DNA from: a virus
Taxonomy: Duplodnaviria; Caudoviricetes
Length of the DNA: 64,000 bases
IMG/VR virus record: IMGVR_UViG_3300033067_000910
Location: 6,023-70,022 of that record
Reading direction: 5' to 3' (one strand)
The position numbers and the translations under genes are program-made. The notes under the pieces were generated by a model, which was not told the origin of the DNA, did no database searches, and saw only the letters and a list, made by a program, of their open reading frames with translations. Shown piece by piece: positions 54,259 to 63,480 of this stretch (positions are counted from its first letter, which is position 1; every line of letters starts with the position of its first letter).

Positions 54259-56777
54259 TCTTCTCCTAGTGAATTACCGTTCTGCAGATTGGTACGCATA
54301 TCGTTCTCGATCTTCTCGTGAGCGATGTGCATGGCAGTCGCGTTATCCTCTGCATTGATATCGCGCTTGGTTTGGTCCTCCATGGTCTGGAGAGCCAGTT
54401 CCTTCTGAATATTCTTCTCAGCAGTGGCCGCCGTAAGCTGCGCAGTGGCCGTAGCTGTCTGCTGCTGAGTCTTGGCAGTCTGCAGACGAACAACGTTGTC
54501 GGTCTGCTTGTCCTTGGACTGCTGAGCAATCTTGGCCTGCTCCGTGTCGTTCTGCATCTTGGCAACCTGGAGGGTCGCTGCGGCAGGATCCATCGGAGGC
54601 GGTGGCATATTCTGCTGAATAAATGTCTGAGCCTGCTGGATGATGGGCGGAATGCCTTGGAAAGCCTTCTCAACATCCGGCACGACAAGCTGGCTCGCCA
54701 TGGCCAGAAGCTGTTCGAACTGGTTATCGACCTCGTCGTCTTTGAGCTTCATAACTACTTCTGGCTCCATGCCGAGCTGTTGAGAGACAATCTCATAGAC
54801 ATGGGTTAAGTAGTAGAACGTAATGTGCTCAGCGATGTGGTCGAGCATAGCTGGAATGAACTTGGGGGCGATGATAGGATTCATCCCCAAGAAAGGCGAT
54901 TTCATGAAGTCCAGATGTATCTGGATGTGCGCAAGATGGTCCTGCTGCGGGAACGCCACCACCGGCTGGCCACGACTGGCGGCGATATTCTCGTTGATGG
55001 CGTTGAGCTTGTTGGCTTCAGGCTTAGGAACGAGAAGCGCTTTGGCATTGGGAATCTTGGCGTCTTCAAGCAGCCGCTCCTCAACGGCTCGGGGGTCATA
55101 CAAGCCCGGCACTACCATCTGACGCTGAGCGATGAATTGAGACTGAGTCGCACGCTGAACGGCGCTGAATACATTAGGATCAGACACCGGAATAACGTCG
55201 ATAGGACCCTCAAAATCCTCGCGACGAACCATCAACTCGCCAGTTTCGTCATAAACGATGCGTTCGACGATATTTTGACGATTGAGGCGGTGCATAACCT
55301 TAAGCAGACGACCAAACGCGTCGTGATTACGAGCATGGATCGCCGAAAACACGGTCATGCCTTGTTCGATCAACGCGAGCGTTGTTCCAACAGGCATATT
55401 CGTGCCCATCTTGTCCGGCAAATCCTCCATGGACGTGCGGACCACACCCCGGCCAGCTTCTGTGAGCATGCCGAGGAGTTCGAGAAGTACATTGCTAGGT
55501 GGATTTGCCGGGATGGGCATCACCACCTTGCGAATATCGGGATCGGTGGAGGCTACAGCCCCTTCGATCTCCTTAATTTCGCCCGGAATAATGTCAGCGT
55601 TCTGCCCACCCTTACCACCGCCCTTCAGCTTGAGAGCCGCCTGAGCGTTATTGAGGTGAGCTGAGTCTAGAATTGCGCGCAGAGCACCCGTGGAAGCGGC
55701 GGACAAACCCCCGATTAGATGAGGAAGACCGATAGGGTAAGGCCCACGGAACGGCTGGAAAGGGAATTCAACGATATGCTCAAGCGCAAGGCGCTTTTCA
55801 TCGTTTTCTTCCCAATTTCGATAGACTGCAAGCACTCGCTTGCTGATTTTATCGATAGTGATGATGTAGGGACTAGGGAAATCACCCTCGATAGTCCAGA
55901 AAGTCTGAACTTCATAAATTTCGCGAGTGCCATCCTCATTAGTGGCTTCGGGTTCAGCCCCCTGTACCTTGTCGATAGCCGCTTGAGTCTGAGTCTCATC
56001 CGGCAGAGGTGCGCTAAGGTCACCGATATCGACGTACAGTCCGCTCTGAACACGACGCTGAAACTCATATTTAGTCAAAATCTGACGATGTGTGATTCTT
56101 TCAGCACCAAGGAAACTGTTAGCAGAGTACGGCAGAATAAGATCATCAATGTAGATGATCAACGGACGAATGCGGTCCTGCGGTACGTCCCAATACATCT
56201 TGACGTAGAAGGCGCCACCCAAAGGCTCTTGTGTCAGACCCTGCTCCAACTCGCCACGGAACTCGGGCATCTCCTGTGTGAGCTGCCAATTCAGATAACG
56301 AGTCTTGCGCTTGGCCTTATCGACCTTATCCTTAGTGACCTCACCTGGAATAAAGTCCTTGACCGGTCCCTGTGCCGAGCGCGGGAAGAGTTCTCCGATG
56401 ATTTTGGCGGAAAAATCAATACACGCCTCAGTCATCATAGGATGAACAACTTTGGAGGCTCCACGGAACTTGGCACCACCCGGAGCATCATTACCGAAAC
56501 CCGTGCGCCGAATACCCTCGGCATAGATTTTGTCACGCCCTTCACGAACCGAGACATCTTTCTCGATAAGCTCGCTAATCTCCATTCCGATCTTGTTTAG
56601 TTCAGGACTAGGAATAGATTCAGCTAGGTTGGCGTAAAACTCCGGATTTTCATCCACAGGTGTCGGTCTGTCATCGAATTTGACAGTAGCCGACCCGTCT
56701 TCATTCTCGAGAATATCCGAGATGGGAAAATGCTTGTCGTCATCCTCATCAGGGACGGCGCTGTTATCGTCGTTCAT
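54255..56777 (-). CDS. portal protein
   Basis: 840 aa; VVHPMMTEAC..F, KMYWD, GLPHLIGGL, DSAHLNN; Gln-rich tail. Confidence 0.88.
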   Translation of the reverse strand: MNDDNSAVPDEDDDKHFPISDILENEDGSATVKFDDRPTPVDENPEFYANLAESIPSPELNKIGMEISELIEKDVSVREGRDKIYAEGIRRTGFGNDAPGGAKFRGASKVVHPMMTEACIDFSAKIIGELFPRSAQGPVKDFIPGEVTKDKVDKAKRKTRYLNWQLTQEMPEFRGELEQGLTQEPLGGAFYVKMYWDVPQDRIRPLIIYIDDLILPYSANSFLGAERITHRQILTKYEFQRRVQSGLYVDIGDLSAPLPDETQTQAAIDKVQGAEPEATNEDGTREIYEVQTFWTIEGDFPSPYIITIDKISKRVLAVYRNWEENDEKRLALEHIVEFPFQPFRGPYPIGLPHLIGGLSAASTGALRAILDSAHLNNAQAALKLKGGGKGGQNADIIPGEIKEIEGAVASTDPDIRKVVMPIPANPPSNVLLELLGMLTEAGRGVVRTSMEDLPDKMGTNMPVGTTLALIEQGMTVFSAIHARNHDAFGRLLKVMHRLNRQNIVERIVYDETGELMVRREDFEGPIDVIPVSDPNVFSAVQRATQSQFIAQRQMVVPGLYDPRAVEERLLEDAKIPNAKALLVPKPEANKLNAINENIAASRGQPVVAFPQQDHLAHIQIHLDFMKSPFLGMNPIIAPKFIPAMLDHIAEHITFYYLTHVYEIVSQQLGMEPEVVMKLKDDEVDNQFEQLLAMASQLVVPDVEKAFQGIPPIIQQAQTFIQQNMPPPPMDPAAATLQVAKMQNDTEQAKIAQQSKDKQTDNVVRLQTAKTQQQTATATAQLTAATAEKNIQKELALQTMEDQTKRDINAEDNATAMHIAHEKIENDMRTNLQNGNSLGEE

Positions 56778-59404
56778 GCCACGTCCTCGAAGAAGCTATG
56801 CTCAGGGTGTTCGCCATACGAGGCAAAATCCACTGCTGGAATATACCGCCTGTTGGTTTGGTTTGACAAGTTAGAATCAGAGACAACAGGGGAGGTTACA
56901 TCAGGAACATCCGTTGTAGTCTGCGTTGGAGACCAATTCTTGATCGGCATCCAGGTTCCTTCCGTTCCAGCCTTAGCTAACCGTTGTAGATTCTGAACTG
57001 CATCCGTCCCGTTTTCACCACCAATACGATCTAGACCCAGAGCGGTAATATCCCCGGGATTATCTGCCATATGCTGAATAAGGGATTTTCCGGTCAGAGC
57101 CTTTGCCCCAAGATTAGCGGCCATAAAGAGCGGAGCAAACGGACCCATCATGATTGGCATTGCGATATTTGCCACCATGGGAAGGGCCTGCATGATCTTT
57201 TTATCGATATCACTCGTACCTTCCAACGGACTGATTTGCTCACCAGACACAATCTTGCGCTGTACCTCGCTCTCCTGAGGTGTAAGGGTGCTACCGCCCG
57301 CAGCAGTACCCGCCGGACGGTCTCCACGCATACCTTCCGGCTGCGGATTAACCATTCGACCCGTTCCCCAATCGCGATAACTCGTAAGCCCTGCCGGCGG
57401 ACTGTAGCTGTTGGCATCACCAGCCATAGCCATCTGAGCAAATCGAGGAACACCCTCCACGTTAGCCGTACCGACTATCTGAGCTCCGAAAGGATTTTTC
57501 ATATCCCCTACCGGGATGCCGGGGGAGATTGCAAAACCGTCGGCTGCGGGCGATCCGGAAAGGAAATCGCGCGCCAACGCAGGCAGCGGCGGAGCACGAA
57601 GCTCTACCTGCTCCTTTGGATCATAAGATATAGTAGATCCTTCCGGCACATCTGCGGTGGGTGCCCGGACGCTACTCAACGGATCATAGCTCGGTGTGAT
57701 GGATCTGACAGTCGACGGATCTACATAATTAGGAGTTACCTGAATTCGTTCAGTCTGTACCTGTTTAGGCAGACTCGGCACTGCGATAGAAGACAAAGGA
57801 TCATAGTTCGGAACAGACGGCGTCGGTGTCGGCGTAAAAGGATGATCAGGCTGCTGAAAATCAGCACGAGCCCACGCCGGGGTATTGCTGACCGGATGCG
57901 CTAGGGGAGACGCAGGCATTACCGACGGAACAGCCAGACTCGCGAATACAGGTGCGGAAGATAAGTTGAATCCAGAATTCATATCGCTGGAAACAGAAGA
58001 TGATCCAGCGGAATAAGAAGGATTATTGTATGTTCCAGCCGCATTAGACAGTCGATTATAATGCGTATCGGCCGCCTTGCTGTAGTTACCATTCTGACCC
58101 AGAGACGACAACGGCGTGTTGTATCCCTTCCAATTTTCAGGACGTTCATACGCGGCGGTAGCTAAATCTGCTCTAGTCGGATCAGAACCACTAAGATCGT
58201 TCTGCGCCGTGGCAAAATTAGAAGTCAGCAGACCGTGTCCGGGGGTGCCGTAGCTGTAACCGACGTATTGTGCCTGTTTCTGGACGTTATCCAGATTGCT
58301 GGGCAGACCGTTCGTATAGTCTGTCATCTGTGCGTATCGCGCAGGAGACCATTGCGCTAGACCCGCATGAACACCTGCCTGTGTATTCTCGGCATCAGCT
58401 AAACCTTTGCTCTCCGCCATGACGCGGGCTGTGATCTTATCGATACCATAACCGGAATAGGACTGACCCGCAGCCGCAGAGCCGATTTTGACGTTATCGC
58501 GAATAATACGCGCACGAGCATTCATGGCATCGAGATCAGTGCCCGTCTGCCAATTATCCGGAGCTTCGGTTAACGCCTTGTTAAGATCTGCCTGAGCGTG
58601 CGCGCTACTCCCCCAATAAGGGGTAGGCGTCGCAGGATGGGCAGGTTGAAAATTAACCGAACTGGCCTGCTGATCTTCCGTATTTACCGCATTACTGTGA
58701 TCCCAGCTAGGCGGAGCAGCGGCACTCGGTGCAGAATAGAAATCATTGACCGTCGGGGTCGGAGTGGGCGAGTAATTTATATTCGCAAACGTGGGCTGTT
58801 CCGTCGCTGCCGGTGTGGGGGTAGGCGTCGGAGTCGGCGTATAGCTGAAATTTGCGAATGTGGGTTGTTCTGCGGGCGTTGTCTGCTGACCAGTAGAACT
58901 CAGAATACCTGTCGCAGCATCTGCAGGATTACCGGAGACCGCAACGGGTTTAGACCAGCTTGCACCGAAATTAGTGTTGCCTCCACCACCGATAGCACGA
59001 CCGTTATTATCGTATCCCGGTCCCATGCCGAAACCGTTTCCGAAATCGATATTCGTGTTGATACCGGGCATGACCATACCACCCCATGGGTCGGCTGCGC
59101 TCATGCCGTTCATCCATGAATAATCCCCCGCAGAGGATCCCGGACGCGAGTTATCCGCAAAACCACCTTCTGCGAACTTCTTAGGCTGTTCTAGTTCGGG
59201 TAGAGGAAGCCATCGGTTTTTAGGGCGGGCAGAATCCATAATCATTTGATGAGGATCACCTGTATCTCGCCATAGACGAGCTTTTTGATCTCCATCTAGA
59301 ATATTACGATGGGGACGAATATCATCGGGATTGACCGAACCGCCCTCTTTATATTTGCGACCCGGGAATGCTGCAATCAGGTCGCGAAAATCTATGGAGC
59401 GCAT
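56774..59404 (-). CDS. large low-complexity virion protein with a lysozyme-like domain
   Basis: RVMAES.G...GLAQW.PAR...QAQY resembles phage tail lysozyme; PT repeats; YKEGG and FAEGG motifs. Confidence 0.6.
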   Translation of the reverse strand: MRSIDFRDLIAAFPGRKYKEGGSVNPDDIRPHRNILDGDQKARLWRDTGDPHQMIMDSARPKNRWLPLPELEQPKKFAEGGFADNSRPGSSAGDYSWMNGMSAADPWGGMVMPGINTNIDFGNGFGMGPGYDNNGRAIGGGGNTNFGASWSKPVAVSGNPADAATGILSSTGQQTTPAEQPTFANFSYTPTPTPTPTPAATEQPTFANINYSPTPTPTVNDFYSAPSAAAPPSWDHSNAVNTEDQQASSVNFQPAHPATPTPYWGSSAHAQADLNKALTEAPDNWQTGTDLDAMNARARIIRDNVKIGSAAAGQSYSGYGIDKITARVMAESKGLADAENTQAGVHAGLAQWSPARYAQMTDYTNGLPSNLDNVQKQAQYVGYSYGTPGHGLLTSNFATAQNDLSGSDPTRADLATAAYERPENWKGYNTPLSSLGQNGNYSKAADTHYNRLSNAAGTYNNPSYSAGSSSVSSDMNSGFNLSSAPVFASLAVPSVMPASPLAHPVSNTPAWARADFQQPDHPFTPTPTPSVPNYDPLSSIAVPSLPKQVQTERIQVTPNYVDPSTVRSITPSYDPLSSVRAPTADVPEGSTISYDPKEQVELRAPPLPALARDFLSGSPAADGFAISPGIPVGDMKNPFGAQIVGTANVEGVPRFAQMAMAGDANSYSPPAGLTSYRDWGTGRMVNPQPEGMRGDRPAGTAAGGSTLTPQESEVQRKIVSGEQISPLEGTSDIDKKIMQALPMVANIAMPIMMGPFAPLFMAANLGAKALTGKSLIQHMADNPGDITALGLDRIGGENGTDAVQNLQRLAKAGTEGTWMPIKNWSPTQTTTDVPDVTSPVVSDSNLSNQTNRRYIPAVDFASYGEHPEHSFFEDVA

Positions 59405-59408
59405 GGGG

Positions 59409-60893
59409 CTACTCTGCGTAGGGGTTGGCGTACCGCTTGACCGGCTCGTCTTCGTCTTCCTTGGGTCGCGGAGTGACTGTAATCAGCTGACGATCCACTA
59501 CGTAGCGAACACCTTGAACGCAGGCATCCATAAGGTCGTCGTGCTTGATTGATCCTTCGCCGCTGTACGTGCAAAGCTGAGGTATTAGACCAGAATCCCC
59601 GCGTGCATCAGTCTCATACCAGCTTTTCGGCTGACCTGGGAACCTTTCGCTCTCTACGAGCCAGACATACCCGTGCGAAAAGATGTGGCTGACGGCGTGT
59701 AGACGATCCAATTTCTTCGCTTTTCCCGGGTTGTAAGCATACGCGAAGATATTTTCGCGTGCAAGCATTTGCCGCAGGGAGATACCAGACCCGCGGTCTT
59801 CGATCAGCAAAACGTCAGGACGTTTTCCCGAATCGGGGATGTAATTGGGGCCGAATTGAGGGCGGATGGCGGGCTTCTTAAGCTCGCCATACTCCACCTG
59901 CATCTCCTTTTTAGTCCGCTCGATCAGGTCTGGGAGGCCAATTTTGTCCTGCCAGCAATCCAAAATCATAATTCCTGGCTCACCTTTGTCATCACGAAAG
60001 AAACCGAGCACAACGCAGGCGCTATAATCTGGATCTCCCGACTTTTTGTCTCGGGTGTACTCGGTAAATGCCGTGTCGAGACTCACAATGACGAGAGAAA
60101 ACTCTGGCAGGGGTTTGTAATGGGGCCAGAGCTTGAACCAAGACCGCTGGATGATACCGGCTTCTTCAGGGTTGATGACTTCAGCGTCAATTTCCTGTCG
60201 TCCAAGTTTCGTCCCCTTATACTTGAGGATGCTATCGCGGAACGTGGGTGCCAGATTCTTGAGATTGACGTAGGTAGACGCACGGGTGACGATCGTGTCC
60301 TTGCCATCGGACACGGGATCTCCGATCTTAATCTCCCTTTTGAGGAGATGGAGGATGAGTTCCTTGGGTTTGGGAGTCGTTGTGGCTAGCAGCCTCGGTC
60401 GTTGACCAAGGCGCAGGCCAAACATCATCATGTCGAAGGCGGCTCGGTCGTCGACCCACGCTGCAAACTCATCAGCCCACGCTCTATGGAACTGAGGGCC
60501 TCTGAAACGCTCTGGTTCAGACGCGGCGATCCCTTTGAACATAGAATCGTTAACAAGAACGAGTTCGTGCAGAGATCGATTGTAGTGTTTAATGAGTTTA
60601 CTTGGGATAACGTTAAGGAGCCCCGAATCGCCTTCAAAGCACGTATCGCGGATATCACCTGACGTAGGGGCTGCAACGAGGTTTCTAGATCCTGCATCAC
60701 GCCAAGCCTCCCATCCCAACCATTCCGCTGCACCACGAGTCTTCCCCGCCCCACGGCCCGCCAGAGAGAGCCAGATGGTCCAGTCGCCAGCCGGGGGGAC
60801 CTGATGGGCGTGCCGATCATGACGCCATCTCCGCTGCCAATCCAGAGCAAGCAGATCGAAGTCGTTGACTTTCTGGAGAGGGGTGTGGCGCAT
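59409..60893 (-). CDS. terL: terminase large subunit
   Basis: GRGAGKT (Walker A), RGPQFHRAWADE (Walker B), TTTP, SLDTA and HDDLMD nuclease motifs. Confidence 0.93.
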   Translation of the reverse strand: MRHTPLQKVNDFDLLALDWQRRWRHDRHAHQVPPAGDWTIWLSLAGRGAGKTRGAAEWLGWEAWRDAGSRNLVAAPTSGDIRDTCFEGDSGLLNVIPSKLIKHYNRSLHELVLVNDSMFKGIAASEPERFRGPQFHRAWADEFAAWVDDRAAFDMMMFGLRLGQRPRLLATTTPKPKELILHLLKREIKIGDPVSDGKDTIVTRASTYVNLKNLAPTFRDSILKYKGTKLGRQEIDAEVINPEEAGIIQRSWFKLWPHYKPLPEFSLVIVSLDTAFTEYTRDKKSGDPDYSACVVLGFFRDDKGEPGIMILDCWQDKIGLPDLIERTKKEMQVEYGELKKPAIRPQFGPNYIPDSGKRPDVLLIEDRGSGISLRQMLARENIFAYAYNPGKAKKLDRLHAVSHIFSHGYVWLVESERFPGQPKSWYETDARGDSGLIPQLCTYSGEGSIKHDDLMDACVQGVRYVVDRQLITVTPRPKEDEDEPVKRYANPYAE

Positions 60894-60954
60894 GCGGGTT
60901 ATTCTTCGACGTCGTCGTCGAGATCTTCGTCATCCATGGGATCAAAGGGCGGCA

Positions 60955-61332
60955 TCATTGGACTTGCGGCTTTCCTTCGGGCTCGAGGGTCTTGGCGAGC
61001 TCTTCGAGGAGCTCATCGCGACCTTGGAAATTGAGGTTGACCGTGGTTTTGGAGTCTTGCTGCTTCTGCGGTTCCTGCCAACCGGCTTGGGTGCGGAGCC
61101 AGAAGATGGCGGCGCTCGTCGCTACACGGGGGTCACCCGTGGTAGCGATGGTGAACAGCCTGCCAGCCACTTTTGCAATCGCATCTGTATGAGCGTGTTG
61201 GAGTTCTTCTGCATAGATGTTGCGGAGCTCCTCCACATGCAAATTCAGTTTCTTTGCGATGTATGCGTCGTCACACCCGAAGGCTTTCAGGTTCATGACT
61301 TGGTTGGCGGAGTCTTTGGTCTTGGCGTGCAT
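60955..61332 (-). CDS. terS: terminase small subunit
   Basis: HTH-like N-terminus, YAEEL...AKVAGRLF..A..G...AAIFWLRTQAGW.E motif; adjacent to terL. Confidence 0.8.
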   Translation of the reverse strand: MHAKTKDSANQVMNLKAFGCDDAYIAKKLNLHVEELRNIYAEELQHAHTDAIAKVAGRLFTIATTGDPRVATSAAIFWLRTQAGWQEPQKQQDSKTTVNLNFQGRDELLEELAKTLEPEGKPQVQ

Positions 61333-61580
61333 GAGGCGCAGGATATGTCAGGCCGTCGGTAGCTGACAAGGGTAAAGCTACGACTCCTGCATCGAGGACA
61401 TTCGAGCAAGAAATGGAAAACGCGCCACTCAGTCTTGCTGATCAGGAACCCGCATGTCTGACATTTGCGCATCGAAATACTCGTTGACTTGTTGATCCCA
61501 TGGGGTGTTGCGGCGGTCGAGTTCGTCGGCGATGACGCGGAGGTTGTCAGCGCTCCTCGAGCGTGATAAATGGAGCGTTC

Positions 61581-61778
61581 TCAATCACTTTTGAGCGGTA
61601 CGCTCGCAAATGCTCCGTGTTTCTTGAGGACGACGACTCGCCGTTTGTCTTTGGTGAGGGGTTCTGAGTGTTTGACATAGAATCTCTCGGCGTGTTCGGC
61701 GCAGTAGGATCCGCGGGCGATGGGTTCGGCGCAGCCGGGATGGCGGCAAGGGGGGGGCATTGGGGTTGGATTCTCCAT
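61581..61778 (-). CDS. small Cys/His protein (GcrA C-terminal-like CxxP...SYCxxH)
   Basis: CRHPGC...GSYCAEHAERFY. Confidence 0.55.
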   Translation of the reverse strand: MENPTPMPPPCRHPGCAEPIARGSYCAEHAERFYVKHSEPLTKDKRRVVVLKKHGAFASVPLKSD

Positions 61779-61911
61779 GTAGAACCCCCTCCCGCTCCGG
61801 GGGGATGGAGGGGAGGGGGTCTTGGGGCGGGTACGGATGGTACTAGGGGGAGAGCCTAGGATGACGAATCAAGGATCCACCCATTCCCCCGGTGCGCGCC
61901 CAAGGGCGGGG

Positions 61912-62151
61912 TTATGCGTTGACGTCGATGCCGATGGCCATGAGGGAATTCATGACCATCTTGCGGGCATTGTCGACCTCAGTCACGATGGTGCTGAGCA
62001 TGAGTTTGGTGCGGTAGGAGCCCTCGGTGAAGAGCACGTCGACCTCTACGGGGATGTCTCCGGCCTGGAGACGCTGGGTTAGCTGGTCGAACTCGCTCGA
62101 GAGATTCTTGTAGTCTTCGACGAGGGCAAGGATCTGGCTGAGAGGGGTCAT
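61912..62151 (-). CDS. hypothetical protein
   Basis: MTPLSQIL start after AGGAG. Confidence 0.6.
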   Translation of the reverse strand: MTPLSQILALVEDYKNLSSEFDQLTQRLQAGDIPVEVDVLFTEGSYRTKLMLSTIVTEVDNARKMVMNSLMAIGIDVNA

Positions 62152-62164
62152 GGCTGGGGTGCTC

Positions 62165-62437
62165 CTAGTGGCGGTAGTCGCCGAAGGTAAGGATACCTGC
62201 GTCGACCATGTCCTGCAAGCGGGCACTGGCCTCGGATTGAGCAGCATTGAGAGATCGCTGAATGCTGTCATCAGTCGCGTCAACGACCTTGGCGACCAAG
62301 AAGGCATGGGTGAACGCAATGTGGGCGAAAATCTGGCTGCGACGTACATCTACGTCCCCTGTGGGGTGGTTTACGACGGTTAGGAACATCTCCCGCATAC
62401 CTTCGGAGATCTCCATGGTATATTGCTTCTCGTCCAT
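62165..62437 (-). CDS. hypothetical protein
   Basis: MDEKQY start after GAGG. Confidence 0.6.
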   Translation of the reverse strand: MDEKQYTMEISEGMREMFLTVVNHPTGDVDVRRSQIFAHIAFTHAFLVAKVVDATDDSIQRSLNAAQSEASARLQDMVDAGILTFGDYRH

Positions 62438-62468
62438 GTGGGCCTCGGTACATTTGTGTACGGTATAA

Positions 62469-62481
62469 GGTGGCAGTGTTC
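62469..62481 (-). promoter_or_regulatory. 13-bp motif GAACACTGCCACC, copy 2
   Basis: Exact reverse-complement match to 4159-4171; a partial copy ACACTGCCA lies about 35 nt upstream. Confidence 0.5.
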
Positions 62482-62926
62482 GGTATAGGATGTAAAGCGG
62501 AGACTTGGCAGTGTGGGTTATCGAAAATATAATATATGGCGAAGGGTCCAGATAAATGGGACCCGTCCCCCCGCCCTCGCTCACGGGGGTTCACTCCCCT
62601 CACTCACTCGGCGTACTCCCCCGCGTCGGCTCGCTCCCTCCAGCTCAAAAGTTATACCTCCGAAGTGGTATACCTCGTTCGTTCGGCCTACCTCTTCCGA
62701 CGTACCACTAATGATCCGTTAACCATAATCCAAAGCGGTATGCCAACTACCTCTTCTGCGCTTGCACAAGGCCACGGATCCGTGCTTATATGGGGATGCT
62801 TGGTGCAGCGCAGCGGCAGGGCTTCGGCCCCCCGCATGGGCACCGACGGGCTCTTTCTCATCGCTAGCGCGCTACGCACGGGCACAAGCCCGTCGTGTGT
62901 AACGCGCATACCTTGGAGTACACACC

Positions 62927-63370
62927 ATGTCCAAGTCCAGCACCGTTACGAAGTCCGCCCCTGCCAAGCCCGCCACGGCCCCCGTTGCGGCGCAGGCCAC
63001 GGCCCCCGCCAAGCCCGCGTCCACGGCCCCTGCTGTGCCCCCGCTGGCCAGCACCACAAGCAAGCGCTGGGTCGCTGCGCACTATGTGGCGCCAAACCTC
63101 GTGGTCGCCGCCGTCCGGTCCAATGCCAAGCGCGGCGACAGCCGCTTGCGGTACGAGGGTTACAAGGTGGGCGAGACAGTCGCGTGGCACTTGGCGCAGG
63201 CCAAGACCAAGCCAAGCGCCTTCCCGCATATGGGCGACTTCAAGTGGGACATCAATCCCAACCGTAAGGGCGGCGCCAGCATCACACTGGTAACGCCCGA
63301 GGAGTGGTCCCGTCAGAACAATAAGCCGGTTGCAACCGGCCTCAACCTCACCAACGGCAACACAAAGTAA
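62927..63370 (+). CDS. Ala/Pro/Lys-rich protein, paralogue of the 20172-20897 C-terminal domain
   Basis: NAKRGDSRLRYEGYKVGETV...GDFKWDI; SD GGAG; followed by a terminator. Confidence 0.7.
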   Translation: MSKSSTVTKSAPAKPATAPVAAQATAPAKPASTAPAVPPLASTTSKRWVAAHYVAPNLVVAAVRSNAKRGDSRLRYEGYKVGETVAWHLAQAKTKPSAFPHMGDFKWDINPNRKGGASITLVTPEEWSRQNNKPVATGLNLTNGNTK

Positions 63371-63382
63371 ATACTCGTTTCG

Positions 63383-63414
63383 GCCCCCGTGCTACCAAGC
63401 ACGGGGGTCTTTTT
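63383..63414 (+). terminator. rho-independent terminator
   Basis: GCCCCCGTGCT-acca-AGCACGGGGGT followed by CTTTTT. Confidence 0.8.
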
Positions 63415-63435
63415 GCGTCCGCTACCTCGAAAGGA

Positions 63436-63480
63436 GTACCACGATGGAAAGAGGTACCACGAACGACGTACCACGAACGA
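63436..63480 (+). repeat. GTACCACGA x3, including a tandem 13-mer GTACCACGAACGA x2
   Basis: Copies start at 63436, 63454 and 63468. Confidence 0.8.

Noticed and set aside
6970-60893. Inteins or introns in polA, helicases, terL or capsid
   Set aside because: Proteins are of normal length with contiguous motifs, and no intein C/S...HN boundaries were seen.
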